A DNA stretch of 64,000 nucleotides from Malacoraja senta (taxonomy: Eukaryota). Under the pieces are notes generated by a model. It worked only from the letters and a program-made list of their open reading frames with translations, made no database searches and was not told the DNA's origin. Shown one piece after another: positions 50,801 through 62,761 of this stretch (its first letter is position 1; each line of letters begins with the position of its first letter). The translations under genes and the position numbers were made by a program. The stretch covers positions 3,722,001-3,786,000 of the forward strand of contig CM075993.1 in assembly GCA_038087875.1 (NCBI GenBank), written 5' to 3'.

Positions 50801-50833
50801 ACTGTGCATTTCACATCTACGGTGGCCCCATAG
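46751..50833 (+). CDS. Gypsy gag-pol polyprotein (single ORF; first ATG at 46751)
   Basis: CCHC knuckles, protease VDTGA, RT (LDAKNSFWQ, MPFG, IVDD), RNase H (CDAS, YAQIEKE, TDHQPL), integrase (H-x3-H...CxxC, ATD, SDNG, SNGLAE) in Gypsy order; proline-rich tail. Confidence 0.93.
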   Translation: MATSCRKPDVLVFDSDIVHRWTIFRRDFQHYVAIAHPNITPAITAHLLLNLAGPEAMERSESFEYADGENAEDPVCLINKFAALCDIPTNSILERFKFFSRRQKPGEHIDTFVASLRHLARRCHLETLTPDQLIRDVLVHGLQDVKLRAELLRKPDLTLNDALHASRMSAAVDAVSSPEAEDINYAGAAGRPRRNGPPRQCSTPAPARVNPRRCPNCNFVNHQFDVCPALGKICNLCKKLNHFSAACRSRGQPVPAPRKSLHSLTATDSVYDSEYLPVELPDSDNSSSHDESLVFSVLGAHTVIADPSVRVTVNGMTFSAKVDTGAFTNIMSLSLFQQIRAGENITADHSRLRAYGGSMLFPVGKATLICSVLKASRPLSVLLLESENVTLLGARACQDLGLVSFHHDIHPVQTPMDPMCEYPDRFDEVLGKLPCKYEIEVDPEVHPVVRPPHRVSFAMKDKVESTLRQMVAMGIIKEVSDATRWVSTMVVAAKKDKSEIRICINPKDLNLAIKRPHYPMRTVEDVAAKVGPATVFSVLDAKNSFWQIPLDERSSLLTTFGTPFGRFRFLRMPFGINSASEVFQRTMEQLFAGLPCAIIVDDILVYGRDVAEHDLHLRLVLDRAQEINLKLNPKKCRFRVPEVTYVGHVFTAEGLKPDPQKTAAVSEMPAPVNVPSLQRFLGMMNYLGKFIPDLSELSAPLRELTKVDTAWVWYPLHQAAFDDLKSRLVRAPTLKFFDLKRPIVITCDASSFCLGAACLQIHDRLQLPVSYASRTMTPTEQRYAQIEKELLAVVFACSKFRDFIIGNTFTIETDHQPLVTILNKPIHVASSRLQRMMLQLQRFTFQIVYRKGKDMFVADTLSRAPLASTARHPYESSDLMVLNVNFMPSQQMQSLIHHTANDPALQQLIDVIRRGWPDRRSPLPAGAAPYFLVRDELVLQGGVVVKGHKVVVPAALRDHYFQTAHNGHPGADATLSQAQSQFYWPSMAQDIRERVSACSTCNTLSPHQQRQPLLQQPAPALAWMAVATDIFEWRGKHFLVLVDSYSSWFEIKRLHSLTSAAVIGTLQPLFATFGIPVTVQSDNGGQFTSAEFRAFAAAYNFRHITSSPEYPQSNGLAERAVRSAKELLEHCRLSHSDFYLALLNLRNISRDPAMGSPAQRLMSRTTRPPIPVSQRSLWPAVRSPAAVQKRITQKQVVQKRSHDKSCRPLQPLFEGQVVRMQSPSGHHRLAVVIGFADSPRSYLVDYEGTIYRRSRQHLLPVNEPAPPPAAPFAPPVAASLPPAPLPSRPLAPRSPAAPPGPPHQPSPARVPVAVPLSPPRSPRSPPPAHSPFGSPIAAPAPVPTLPSKVSTVHFTSTVAP

Positions 50834-52104
50834 CAGAAGCGTCCACGTCGCGGCGGCTGGAAACTGGAAGTATCCTGAACTAATTCTGCTACCACCATCA
50901 TCTATTGAGACAAGTGATGGCGTCCACTGATTGTCGCCCTTTTCAGGACGGACGATGACAGTGAGGCCAACATTTGTAAAATGGACACAAAAAGAAGAAG
51001 AAGACAACTTCGGTTACATGGTGTGACCAAGCTTAATGTCCATAATTACTGGGCAAACAGATTCAGTCCCATCTTTCTGAAGGGAATTGGGAAAGTACTT
51101 GTTGAGAGAAAAATTCCAAGGCTATGGGGCAAGAGCAGGAGTCTGAGACATCGGACAGCTCTTTCAAAAATGCATTGTGGACTAAAATGTTTCATCAACT
51201 GTGAGATATTATGATAAGGTGTCCAGACTTGGAAATTCCCCGGGAAGGCCTGGGGGCAGACAGGTTCGCAGCCACAAAAGAGGCTTATATGATGAAATGG
51301 AATGAGGATGCTTAAGAGGACAAAAATATCTCATTATTATACTTTATTAGCCAAGTATGTTTTGCAACACATGAGGAATTTGATTTGCCGTACAGTCATA
51401 CCAATAAAAAGCAACAAGACACACAAAATACATTTTAACATAAACATCCACCACAGTGACTCCTCCACATTCCTCACTGTGATGGAAGGCAAAAAAAAGG
51501 TCAAAAAGGTCAAAAAAGGTCAAAAAAGGAAAAAAAATCTCTTCTTCTTTGTTCTCCTGCGGTCAGGGGCCTCGAGCCTTCTGTTGACAGGATGATCTTG
51601 GCTCCCGTAGCCGGCGGCGTTCGGGCTCTCCACATCGGGGCAATCAAACTCTTGCATCGGGGGGGGGGGGGAAGTGTCAACTCCCCACGCCGGGCGATCA
51701 GACCCCGGGTGGGGGCTAGTCAAACCTTCTGCGTCGTTGGAGTTTCCCGACTACCCGAGACTGTGAGCTCCTCGACGTTGAAATCCGCAGGCCATGGTTG
51801 GAGTGTCGATCCCAGGCAAGGGATCGCAGGCTCCGATGGTAAGACCACGCCCCCGCGGTGGGGCTCAAAGTCAGTCTCGAGCAAGGCCTCCCACTCCATC
51901 GATGGTAGGCCGCAGAGCGACCGGAGATATGATCCGGAAAACAATCGCATCTCCGGTAAGGTAAGAGATTGAAAAAAAGTTCCTCCCCACCCCCCCACAT
52001 AAAACAAACTAGAGAACATTAACACAAACTTTTAAAACACACTAAAATTAACAAAAAAAAAGACAAAAGTACAGACAGACTGTTGGCGAGGCTGCCATCG
52101 TGCG

Positions 52105-52118
52105 GCGCCCCCTGGTGG
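52105..52118 (-). promoter_or_regulatory. Consensus CTCF core motif
   Basis: The reverse complement reads CCACCAGGGGGCGC. Confidence 0.45.
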
Positions 52119-55100
52119 TATATTTGGAACTTTTATAAAAACTAATGATTGCCAGTGTACAATGTGGAAGCAGCCACAACAGTGGCATTTAAGAGACTTT
52201 TGGATAAGCGCATGGATTATGCACAGATTGGAGGGATATGCATTGTGTGCAGGTTGGTAAGGGTTTGGCACAGACTTTGCTGTGGAGTGAAGGACCTGTT
52301 CCTGTCCTATAATGTTCTGTGCCTGGAAAAAATTGAACAATTAGTCAAGGAATGGAATGGGACAATAAATTATCCTCATCATGTTCATGGTTTAGTTTTG
52401 AGTACAGATACAGCGTGGAAACAGGCCCTTCGGCCCACCCAGTCCGTGCCGGACAGCATTCACCTATACACTAGTTCTATCCTGCACACGAGCGACAATT
52501 TTTAGAAAGGCCAATTAACCCACAAACTTGCCCATCTTTGCAATGTGGGAGGAGAAAACGTCACAGGGAAAACGTGCAAACTCCGTACAGACAGCACCCG
52601 TTGTCAGGATCGAACCCGGGTCTCTGGCGCTGTAAGGCAGCAACTCTACCGCTGTGCCACCATGCTGCCCAATGATGGCTCTGGCCCACGTTGGTGATGG
52701 GAGCAGCCAGCTTGTCACTTCCGAGGACCTTCCCCATTAGACAGCATTCTGGGTAGAGTGGATGTGGAGAGGATGTTTCCACTAGTGGGAGAGTCTAAGA
52801 CGAAAGGCCACAGCCTCAGAATAAAAGGACGTGCCTTTAGAAAGGAGATGAGGAGGAATGTCTTTAGTCAGAAGGTGGTGAATCTGGAATTCGTTGCCAC
52901 GGAAGGCTGTGGAGCCCGTCAATTTGGGCGGTCACGGTAGAGTTGCTGCCTTACAGCCAATGCAGCGCCAGACACCCGGGTTCGAACCTGACCACGGGTG
53001 ATGTCTGTACGGGTTTTCTCCGAGATCTTCGGTTTCCTCCCACACTCCAAAGACGTACAGGTTTGTGGGTTAATTGGCTTGGTAAATGTAAAAATTGTCC
53101 CTAGTGGGTGTGGGATAGTGTTAATGTGCGGGGATCGCTGGTCGGCACGGACCCGGTGGGCCGAAGGGCCTGTTTCTGATACCCTATCAATCTAAACTTT
53201 ACTGTACCCTAACATGAACCATTACATTATACTGACAGCCAAACAAAATCTACCAGCAATAAACCCATTGGTAATGGACAATTGTATTTAATAGTGCCGC
53301 TGTGAATCTTTCTCCTGGCAAATGCTGAGATTTGTATTCAAGAAAAATTATTAGTGATATATTTGATTTGGTGTCATGATATGCCCTCTTAATACATTTC
53401 TGGGGTGTGTTCAGTATTTAGTTACATCAACATTGCCATTATGACATTCAGCTCATTTCACCCTACAAGTGCAGACAAGATCCATAGAAGTGAATTTGGA
53501 GCTCTGGGGCACACATACTGCCAAAGACACTGGTGTTACCGAGCTCAGTTTCAGCTGCGAGCTATTTCGGATCAATGATTTCACAATGCCAACATGCCAT
53601 CATAAAGCAAATGATATTTCAGCTGTGATAAAAGTCACCAATTGCCTCCGTACACAGTGCTGGCAGCAACGCTGAGGGTCGGGCAACAATCTAAAAGCAT
53701 AAAAGGAAACAGTGAACTCATAGACCACAGACGGACAAAAAAAAGTCTGTGCATGCTTATTATCAAAATCAGAATAAAGATATGACATTAAAAAACAGAC
53801 AATGTCAGGAGGTTGAGCATAGCTTAAAAGAACAAGATTATTAAAATATTAAAGCTTGGTTAGTTTACACCCCAGCGGTATGAACATTGACCTCCAATTT
53901 TCAGGTAGTCCTTGCTTTCTCCCTCTTTCCCCTCCCCTTCCCAGCTCTCCCACAGCCCACTGTCTTCCCGCCCCCCACCCCACATCAGTCTGAAGAAGAG
54001 TCTCGACCCGAAACGTCACCTATTCCTTCGCTCCATAGATGCTGCCTCACCCGCTGAGTTTCTCCAGCACTTTTGTCTACCTTCGATTTTTCCAGCATCT
54101 GCAGTTCTTTCTTCAAGATTTTTAAAGGTTATAAGCGGTATGAATTATGAGCAGGAATGGGATACCCAAGCCTCTCAAACCAGTTTGACCATTTAATAAG
54201 ATCGTAGCTGACAATGGAATAAGTGTTTTGAGTTTTGCTTTGGATAATGTAAGTACTGTGTGACCGTTGCCATTGGTAATGGTTTGTTGTTGTCACACCT
54301 ACGGAGATATAGTGAAAAACTTGGTTTTAGTTTAGTTTGGAGGTACAGCACGAATCAGGCCCTTTGGCCCATCAAGTCTGCACCAACCAGCAATCTCTGT
54401 TACACCAGCACACACTATACACTAAGGACAATTTACAATCTTTGGAGTGTGTGGGGGGGGGGAAACCGGAGCGTCCGGGGTAAACCTACGCGGTCATGTG
54501 GAGAACCTACAAACTCCATACCGACAGCACCCGTGGTCAGGATCGAACCGGGGTCTCTGGCGTTGTAAGTCAGCAACTCTACCGTTGCGCCACCTTGCCA
54601 CTCCAGTGTGCTCTCCAGTCAAGTCAACAAGAGTACAATCAAGCATTACGAAGGGTAATTCAAAGAGAAAAATAAATCAGAGTGTGGAATATGGTGCTAC
54701 ATCCTCGCAGTGTTACAGCTGCAGGGAAAGTGCAGAGAGAAAAAATGCAAGGACCGCAAGGCAGTTTGGAAGATCAGAAATTCACCATAAACGGGTGACA
54801 GGTCAGTTCATTAGCCTGATAACAGCGGGGATGTGCTTCTAAGCCTTTGTATCTTTGGCCCAACGGGAGAGGGGAAAAAAAAGGAATGATCAGGGTGTGA
54901 GTGGTCCATGATTATATCGCAGCAATGTGAAGTGTAGATGGAGTTGATGGTGGGGAGGCTGGTTTGTGTGATGGACGGATCACCTATTTCCCACTTAATC
55001 CAAAGAGCTCACTCTCCCTTCAAAGTCAGAAGGTTGTACCGTCAAACCCCACAGTAGTGATTTAGCCTGACACCCCTGAGGCTTCAGGGTAACTTAGATT

Positions 55101-55242
55101 GAAAATGGGCAAAAATATGAAGTTATTCATTTCTGTGGAAAAATAGCTGGGTGTGCCTTATTTAAACCGTGTTAACTTTTGTGGCCTTGATGTACAAAGA
55201 TGTCTCGGTGTCCTCTTACACCAGCTACTGAAAGCAAGTACG

Positions 55243-55785
55243 AGACCCACAATCCCGTTTATATCAACCTGGTGGAAAAGGTCAAAAACTTCAAATTCCT
55301 GGGCGTGCATATTTCCGAAGATCTTTCCTGGTCCCAGCACACTGATGCAATTATAAAGAAGGCACCTCAGGGCCTCTACTTCCTGAGAAGATTACGGAGA
55401 GCCGGTATGTCAAGGAGGACTCTCTCGAGCTTCTACAGGTGCACAGTAGAGAGCATGCTGACCGGTTGCATCGTGGCTTGGTTCGGCAACTTGAACGTTC
55501 AGGAGCGGAAAAGACTGCAAAAAGTTGTAAACACTGCCCAGTCCATCATCGGCTCTGACCTCCCTTCCATCGAGGGGATCGATCGCAGTCGCTGCCTCAA
55601 AAATAAAACATCATCAAAGACCCACACCATCCTGGTCACACACTCATCTCACCATTGCCATCGGGAAGAAGGTACAGGAGCCTGAAATCTATAGCATCCA
55701 GGTTCAGGAACAGTTGCTTCCCCACAGCCATCAGGCTATTAACCACAACATCAAATAAGCTCTGAACAATAACAGTCTATTATTA
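55243..55785 (+). mobile_element. Rex1/Babar-like LINE 3' fragment; its tail appears to resume at about 59400-59560
   Basis: FKFLGVHISEDLSWSQHT...LYFLRRLRR...FYRCTVESMLTGCIVAWFG. Tail with AATAAA and (CTTGACT)n after 59400. Confidence 0.8.
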
Positions 55786-55792
55786 CAATAGA

Positions 55793-58700
55793 AACATAGA
55801 AACATAGAAAATAGGTGCAGGAGTAGTCCATTCGGCCCTTCGCGCCTGCACCGCCATTCGATATGATCATGGCTGATCATCCTACTCAGTATCCTGTACC
55901 TGCTTTCTCTCCATACCCCCTAATCCCTTTAGCCACAAGGGCCACATCTAACTCCCTCTTAAATATAGCCAATGAACTGGCCTCAACTACCTTCTGTGGC
56001 AGAGAATTCCAGAGATTCACCACTCTCTGTGTGAAAAATGTTTTCCTCATCTCCGTCATAAAAGATTTCCCCCTTATCCTTAAACTGTGACCCCTTGTTC
56101 CCCAACATCGGGAACAATCTTCCTGCATCTAGCCTGTCCAACCCTTTAAGAATTTTGTACGTTTCTATAAGATCCCCCCTCAATCTTCTAAATTCTAGCG
56201 AGTACAAACCGAGTCTATCCAGTCTTGCTTCATATGAAAGTTCTGACATCCCAGGAATCAGTCTGGTGAACCTTCTCTGCACTCCCTCTATGGCAAGAAT
56301 GTCTTTCCTCAGATTAGGAGACCAAAACTGTACGCAATACTCCAGGTGTGGTCTCACCAAGACCCTGTACAACTGCAGTAGAACCTCCCTGCTCCTATAC
56401 TCAAATCCTCTTGCTATGAATGCGAACATACCATTCGCTTTCTTCACTGCCTGCTGCACCTGCATGCCTACTTTCAATGACTGGTGTACCATGACACCCA
56501 GGTCTCGTTGCATCTCCCCTTTTCCTAATCGGCCACCATTCAGATAATAGTCTACTTTCCTGTTTTTGCCACCAAAGTGGATAACCTCACATTTATCCAC
56601 ATTATACTGCATCTGCCATGCATTTGCCCACTCACCCAGCCTATCCGTCACCTTGCAGCCTCCAAGCATCCTAGCTAACACTGCCCCCCAGCTTCGTGTC
56701 ATCCGCAAACTTGGAGATGTTGCATTCAATTCCCTCATCCAAATCATTAATATATATCATAAATAGCTGGGGTCCCAGCACTGAGCCTTGCGGTACCCCA
56801 CTAGTCACTGCCTGCCATTGTGAAAAGGACCTGTTTACTCCTACTCTTTGCTTCCTGTCTGCCAGCCAGTTCTCTATCCACATCAATACTGAACCCCCAA
56901 TACCGTGTGCTTTAAGTTTGTATACTAATCTCTTATGTGGGACCTTGTCGAAAGCCTTCTGAAAGTCCAGATATAACACATCCACTGGTTCTCCCTTATC
57001 CACTCTACTAGTTACATCCTCGAAAAATTCTATAAGATTCGTCAGACATGATTTACCTTTCATAAATCCATGCTGACTTTGTCCAATGATTTCACCACTT
57101 TCCAAATGTGCTGCTATCCCATCTTTAATAACTGATTCTAGCAGTTTCCCCACTACCGACGTTAGACTAACTGGTCTGTAATTCCCCGTTTTCTCTCTCC
57201 CTCCCTTTTTAAAAAGTGGGGTTACATTAGCTACCCTCCAATCCTCAGGAACTACTCCAGAATCTAAAGAGTTTTGAAAAATTATCACTAATGCATCCAC
57301 TATTTCTGGGGCTACTTCCTTAAGTACTCTGGGATGCAGCCTATCTGGCCCTGGGGATTTATTGGCCTTTAATCCATTCAATTTATCTAACACCACTTCC
57401 CAGCTAACCTGGATTTCACTCAGTTCCTCCATCTCATTTGACCCCAGGTCCCCTGCTATTTCCGGCAAATTATTTATGTCTTCCTTAGTGAAGACAGAAC
57501 CAAAGTAGTTATTCAATTGGTCTACCATGTCCTTGTTCCCCATGATCAATTCACCTGTTTCTGACTGCAAGGGACCTACATTTGTTTTAACTAATCTTTT
57601 TCTCTTCACATATCTATAATAGCTTTTGCAGTCAGTTTTTATGTTCCCTGCCAGTTTTCTTTCATAATCTATTTTCCCTTTCCTAATTAAGCCCTCTGTC
57701 CTCCTCTGCTGGACTCTGAATTTCTCCCAGTCCTCTGGTAGGCTGCTTTTTCTGGCTAATTTGTACGCTTCATCTTTTGTTTTGATACTATCCCTGATTT
57801 CCCTTGTTATCCATGGATGCACTACCTTCCCTGATTTATATTTTTGCCGAACTGGGATGAACAATTGTTGTAGTTCATCCATGCAGTCTTTAAATGCCTT
57901 CCATTGCATATCTACCGTCAACCCATTAAGAATCAATTGCCAGTCTATCTTGGCCAATTCACTTCTCATACCCTCAAAGTTACCTTTCTTTAAGTTCAGG
58001 ACCCTTGTTTCTGAATTAACAATGTCACTCTCCATCCTAATGAAGAACTCAACCATATTATGGTCACTCTTGCCCAAGGGGCCACGCACAACAAGACCGC
58101 TAACTAACCCTTCCTCATTACTCAATACCCAATCTAGAATAGCCTGCTCTCTCGTTGGTTCCTCTGCATGTTGGTTTAGAAAACTATCCCGCATACATTC
58201 CAAGAAATCCTCTTCCTCAGCACCCTTGCCAATTTGATTCACCCAATCTATATGTAGATTGAAGTCACCCATTATAACTGTTTTACCTTTGTTGCACGCA
58301 TTTCTAATTTCCTGTTTGATGCCATCCCCAACTTCACTACTACTGTTAGGTGGCCTGTACACAACTCCCACTAGCGTTTTCTGCCCCTTAGTGTTTCGCA
58401 GCTCTACCCATATCGATTCCACATCCTCCAAGCTAATGTCCTTCCTTTCTATTGCGTTAATCTGCTCTCTAACCAGCAACGCTACCCCACCTCCTTTCCC
58501 TTTCTGTCTATCCCTCCTGAATATTGAATATCCCTGGATGTTCAGCTCCCAGCCTTGGTTACCCTGGAGCCATGTCTCCGTGATCCCAACTATATCATAA
58601 TCATTAATAGCTATCAGCACATTCAACTCATCCACCTTATTACGAATGCTCCTTGCATTGAGACACAAAGCCTTCAGGCTTGTTTTTACAACACTCTTAC

Positions 58701-58914
58701 CCCTTATACAATTATGTTGAAAAGTGGCCCTTTTTGATTTTTACCCTGGATTTGTCTGCCTGCCACTTTTACTTTTCACCTTGCTACCTATTGCTTCTAT
58801 CCTCATTTTACACTCCTCTGTCTCTACGCTCACACATTTAAGAAACCCTTTCCCTTTAACTCCATCCTCAACTATCCCATTCGACACCCCACCCCCCTTA
58901 TTCAGTTTATCTGT
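55793..58914 (-). mobile_element. Young 5'-truncated CR1 LINE with near-complete but frameshifted ORF2
   Basis: ORF 56671-58668 ([40 protein letters not shown]), continued in other frames to 55886. (GTTTCTAT)n tail; flanked by duplicated TTATTACAATAGA. Confidence 0.93.
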
Positions 58915-58919
58915 TTATT

Positions 58920-59400
58920 ACAATAGACAATAGGTGCAGGAGTAGGCCATTCGGCCCTTCGAGCCATTCAATGTGATCGTGGCTGATCATCCCCAATCAG
59001 TACCCCGTTCCTGCCCTCTCCCCATATCCCCTGACTCCGCTATTTTTAAGAGCCCTATCTAGCTCTCTCTTGAAAGCATCCAGAGAACCTTCCCCCACAG
59101 CCCTCTGATGCAGAGAATTCCACAGACTCACAACTCTCTGTGAGAAAAAGTGTTTCCTCGTCTCAGTTGTAAATGGCTTACCCCTTATTCTTAAACTGTG
59201 GCCCCTGGTTCTGGACTCCCCCAACATCGGGAACATGTTTCCTGCCTCTAGCCCTTAACAATCTTATATGTTTCAATGAGATTCCCTCTCATCCTTCTAA
59301 ACTCCAGAGTGTACAAGCCCAGCTGTTCCATTCTCTCAGCATATGACAGTCCCGCCATCCCGGGAATTAACCTTGTAAACCTACGCTGCACTCCCTCAAT
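58920..59400 (-). mobile_element. Older CR1 3' fragment (host of the young CR1)
   Basis: RGHSLRIRG...RVVSLWNSL C-terminal ORF2 motif; (TCTATTG)n tail. Confidence 0.85.
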
Positions 59401-60894
59401 ATTTATTGTGTATATATGGTCTCTGGTCTATAGGCACACTGAACTTTTATCTCCCGTTTTGTATTATGTTTACATATTCTGTTGTGCTGCAGCAAGTAAG
59501 AATTTCATTGACCTATCTGGGACACATGATAATAAAGCTCTCATGACTCTTGACTCTCAATCAAGCAGGAGCAGCAATCAAGGCAAATGGTATGTTGGCC
59601 ATTGGAACAAGCGGAGTTGAGGACAGCAGCAGAGATGTCTTTCCACAGTGAGACCACGCCTGGACTATATCGTGTGCCGTGGTGGTCTCTGCACCTAAGA
59701 AAGATTTATCTGTCAGGCTTTCCCTGTTAAGATTTAAAGTCCACTGAAGATTCACCAGACTGATTTCTGTGTGAGGAGGTATCAAACCAACTAAGATTGT
59801 ATTCACTCGAGTTTAGAAGAATGAGAAGGCTCTAACTGAAAGATTCTATCAGGGATAGACAGACTGGGTGAAGGGTGGTTGGAGTGCCTCGAATAAGGGA
59901 AGATAGTCTCGGGATTTGATTGATTGGATTGATGGAAAGATACAGTATGGAAACAGGCCCTTTGGCCCATCAAGTCCACACCCATTCCATGTTATCCCAC
60001 GTTTGCATCTACTCCCTACACACTAGGGACAATTTACAGACACCACTTAACCTACAAAAACCGCACACCTTTGGGATGTGGGAGAAAACCGACCCGGTTA
60101 CCTGGAGAACGGACAAACTCCACACAGACAGCACCCGGGGTGAGGATCGAACCTGGATCTCCGGCGCAGTGAGCCTGCATCCCTACCAGCTGTGCCACAA
60201 TCCTGCCTGGTACAGGGCAAGAGGTTTAGGACTGAGATAAGAAAACATTTCAACGATGGGGATGGTGATTGTGTGGAAGTTGGTACCAGGCAGGACGGTT
60301 GGGGCCAAGTCACCAAATAATTTTTAAGAAATAGATCAATACATTTCAAGATGCAATAAAAATCATGGGTTGGTATGTGAGAATATGGTCAGTCAAAGTT
60401 GCGTTAAATAGCGGTGCAGGCTCGATGGGCCGAATGGCCCGTGGCTTCAATCCAAAGAAGGGTCCCAACCCAAATCGTCACCTATCCATGTTCTCCAGAG
60501 ATGTTGCCTGAAACGCGGAGTTACTCCAGCATTTTTTTTTTGTAAACCAGCATCTGCAGTTCCTTGCTTCCACGCATCTCCTTCCATCCTTACACTGGCT
60601 ACCTTGCCTCCATGCACTCGGTTCTGATGCAGGATCTGAACCCGAACGTCGCCTATCCCCCTGTCTCCACAGATGCTGCCTGACCCGCTGAGTTCCTCCA
60701 GCAGTTTGTTGGCTGCTGCAGATCCCAGCATCAGCAGTCGGATGTGTCTCGACTTTACCCCCCCCCCATATCTGGCCTGTTTCTGCCTCAACCACTAACT
60801 CAGATGTTCTGGACACTGTCATTGCTCTTGGTGGGAACAGGCCACATGTAAATTGGCTGCTGAATTGTTTTATACTTTCCATATAAATATATTG

Positions 60895-61378
60895 ACTTGC
60901 TCTAGGTGTCAGCTGCTCTACATCGGTGAGACCAAGCGTAGGCTTGGCGATCGCTTCGCCCAACACCTCTGCTCGGTTCACAATAACCAACCTGATCTCC
61001 CGGTGGCCCAGCACTTCAACTCCCTCTCCCATTCTGAATCCAACCTTTCCGTCCAGGGCCTCCTCCATGGCCAGAGTGAGTCCCACCACAAATTGGAGGA
61101 GCAGCACCTCATATTTCGCTTGGGTAGCTTACACCCCAGCGGTATGAACATTGACTTCTCCAATTTCAGGTAGTCCCTGCTTCCTCCCTCCTTCCCCTCC
61201 CCTTCCCAGCTCTCCCACAACCCACTGTCTCCGCCTCTTCCTTTCTTCTTCTTCCCGCCCCATCCCCCCCTCCGACATCAGTCTGAAGAAAGGTCTCGAC
61301 CCGAAACGTCACCTATTCCTTTGCTCCATAGATGCTGCCTCACCCGCTGAGTTTCTCCAGCATTTGTGTCTACCTTTG
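60895..61378 (+). mobile_element. Penelope-like element 3' fragment: GIY-YIG endonuclease C-terminus plus terminal repeat
   Basis: CSRCQLLYIGETKRRLGDRFAQHL...VAQHFN...LEEQHLIFRLGSLHPSGMN, followed by CTGAAGAAAGGTCTCGACCCGAAACGTC. Confidence 0.85.
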
Positions 61379-62389
61379 ACTTGAACTTGTCATTGGAGAC
61401 CTCTGGAATACCTTTAATCAGACTTTATCTTGCACTAAATGTTGTGCCCTTCACGTGGACATTTGATTGTATTCATCTTTTGCATTTTCTTTCCTCTTTT
61501 CTTTACACTTTCTTTTTTTTCTTCTTTTTTTCATTCTTGTCTTTCTCTGGATGGCACGGATAACAAAAGCTTTGTGAAAAAGATTAAACTAAACTAATCC
61601 AAACTGCCGGGGTGAGATTTGAATATCTGCAGACCAGTAATCCAGCCTCCCAGCCATTACAATACCATAAAGCATTTTCTAAAATGCAAAGTAGACAAAA
61701 ATGCTGGAGAAACTCAGCGGGTGAGGCAGCATCTATGGAGGGAAGGAATGGGTGACGTTTTGGGTCGAGACCCAGACTTCTTCTAAAATGTTTTTTTTTT
61801 TACTGTACAATCAGCTAAAACCCATGCTAGACTGGGACTGCAACCGTACTACAAATGGAGTGGCGTATTGAAAGTGGGTTCACTGTGCCTCTAGGTCCAG
61901 CATACAAAGGACAATGGCTTCAGAAGCTTAGGGCAAGGGCAAGAAGAGTGACACAAGAAACCGCAGATGCTGGAAGCTTGAGCAAAGCACGGAGTGCTGG
62001 AGGAACTCAGCTGGTCGGGCAGCATCTATAAAGGGAATGGACTCCAGAAACTGAAGAAAGACCCCGTCCATTTCCCTCTGTGGACGCTTGCCTGGCCTGC
62101 TGAGTTCCTCCAGAGGAAAAAAAAACAGTGCTAGTTCATAGAAACATAGAAACATAGAAATTAGGTGCAGGAGTAGGCCATTCGGCCCTTCGAGCCTGCA
62201 CCGCCATTCAATATGATCATGGCTGAGCTGGTGGGAGCCATCCTTAGACAACCCAATTCCAATGGGATATGGTGGGGAAACAATTTTATTTGCCCAGCCA
62301 GTACCCAACTCTGGGAGCCTGGGTTGCTTTCTCTGGATGGAGGATGGGGGGTCTTGAGTAGGGATGGGGGTGGGGAGGGGCTATGTTGA

Positions 62390-62615
62390 GCTAATTGGTC
62401 AAACCCCCTGCTAAAGGGGGTATATATTCACCAATCATAGCCCAGCAGGATTGGACATACCCCCTAACAGACGTAACTATGGGAACCAATGACGCCTCCC
62501 CAACGTCTCAAACGTTGCCATGGGTGTTGTCTATGAGCTGAATACACTAAACCCCCTTGCTGGGGTTAACAAATCAAGTTATACGGTTGCTCTGGTGCAG
62601 GAAGGGCGGGCGTCT
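62390..62615 (+). promoter_or_regulatory. Putative promoter of copy C: four CCAAT boxes, two RFX X-box-like motifs, CRE-like half site, GC box
   Basis: ATTGG 62394 and 62450, CCAAT 62431 and 62486, GTAACTATGGGAAC 62473-62486, TGACG 62490, GTTGCCATGG 62514, GGGCGG 62604. All lie in apparently non-repetitive DNA 150-370 bp upstream of the ATG. Confidence 0.55.
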
Positions 62616-62761
62616 CATCAGCTGGAGGGAAAAGGGCAGAACACATCCTAGAGAGGGGGAACTAGTGGTTAAATTAGAGCTATTACAACTGCAACGGGGA
62701 TTGCAGCTCAAAATCCAGAACAGAAGTCCAAAGTAAAGAGGAAACTAACTTCAAACCAACC

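Noticed and set aside
46788..50930. Many overlapping alternative-frame and antisense ORFs in the Gypsy element
   Set aside because: Expected shadow ORFs of GC-rich coding DNA; no env-like or other motif recognised.
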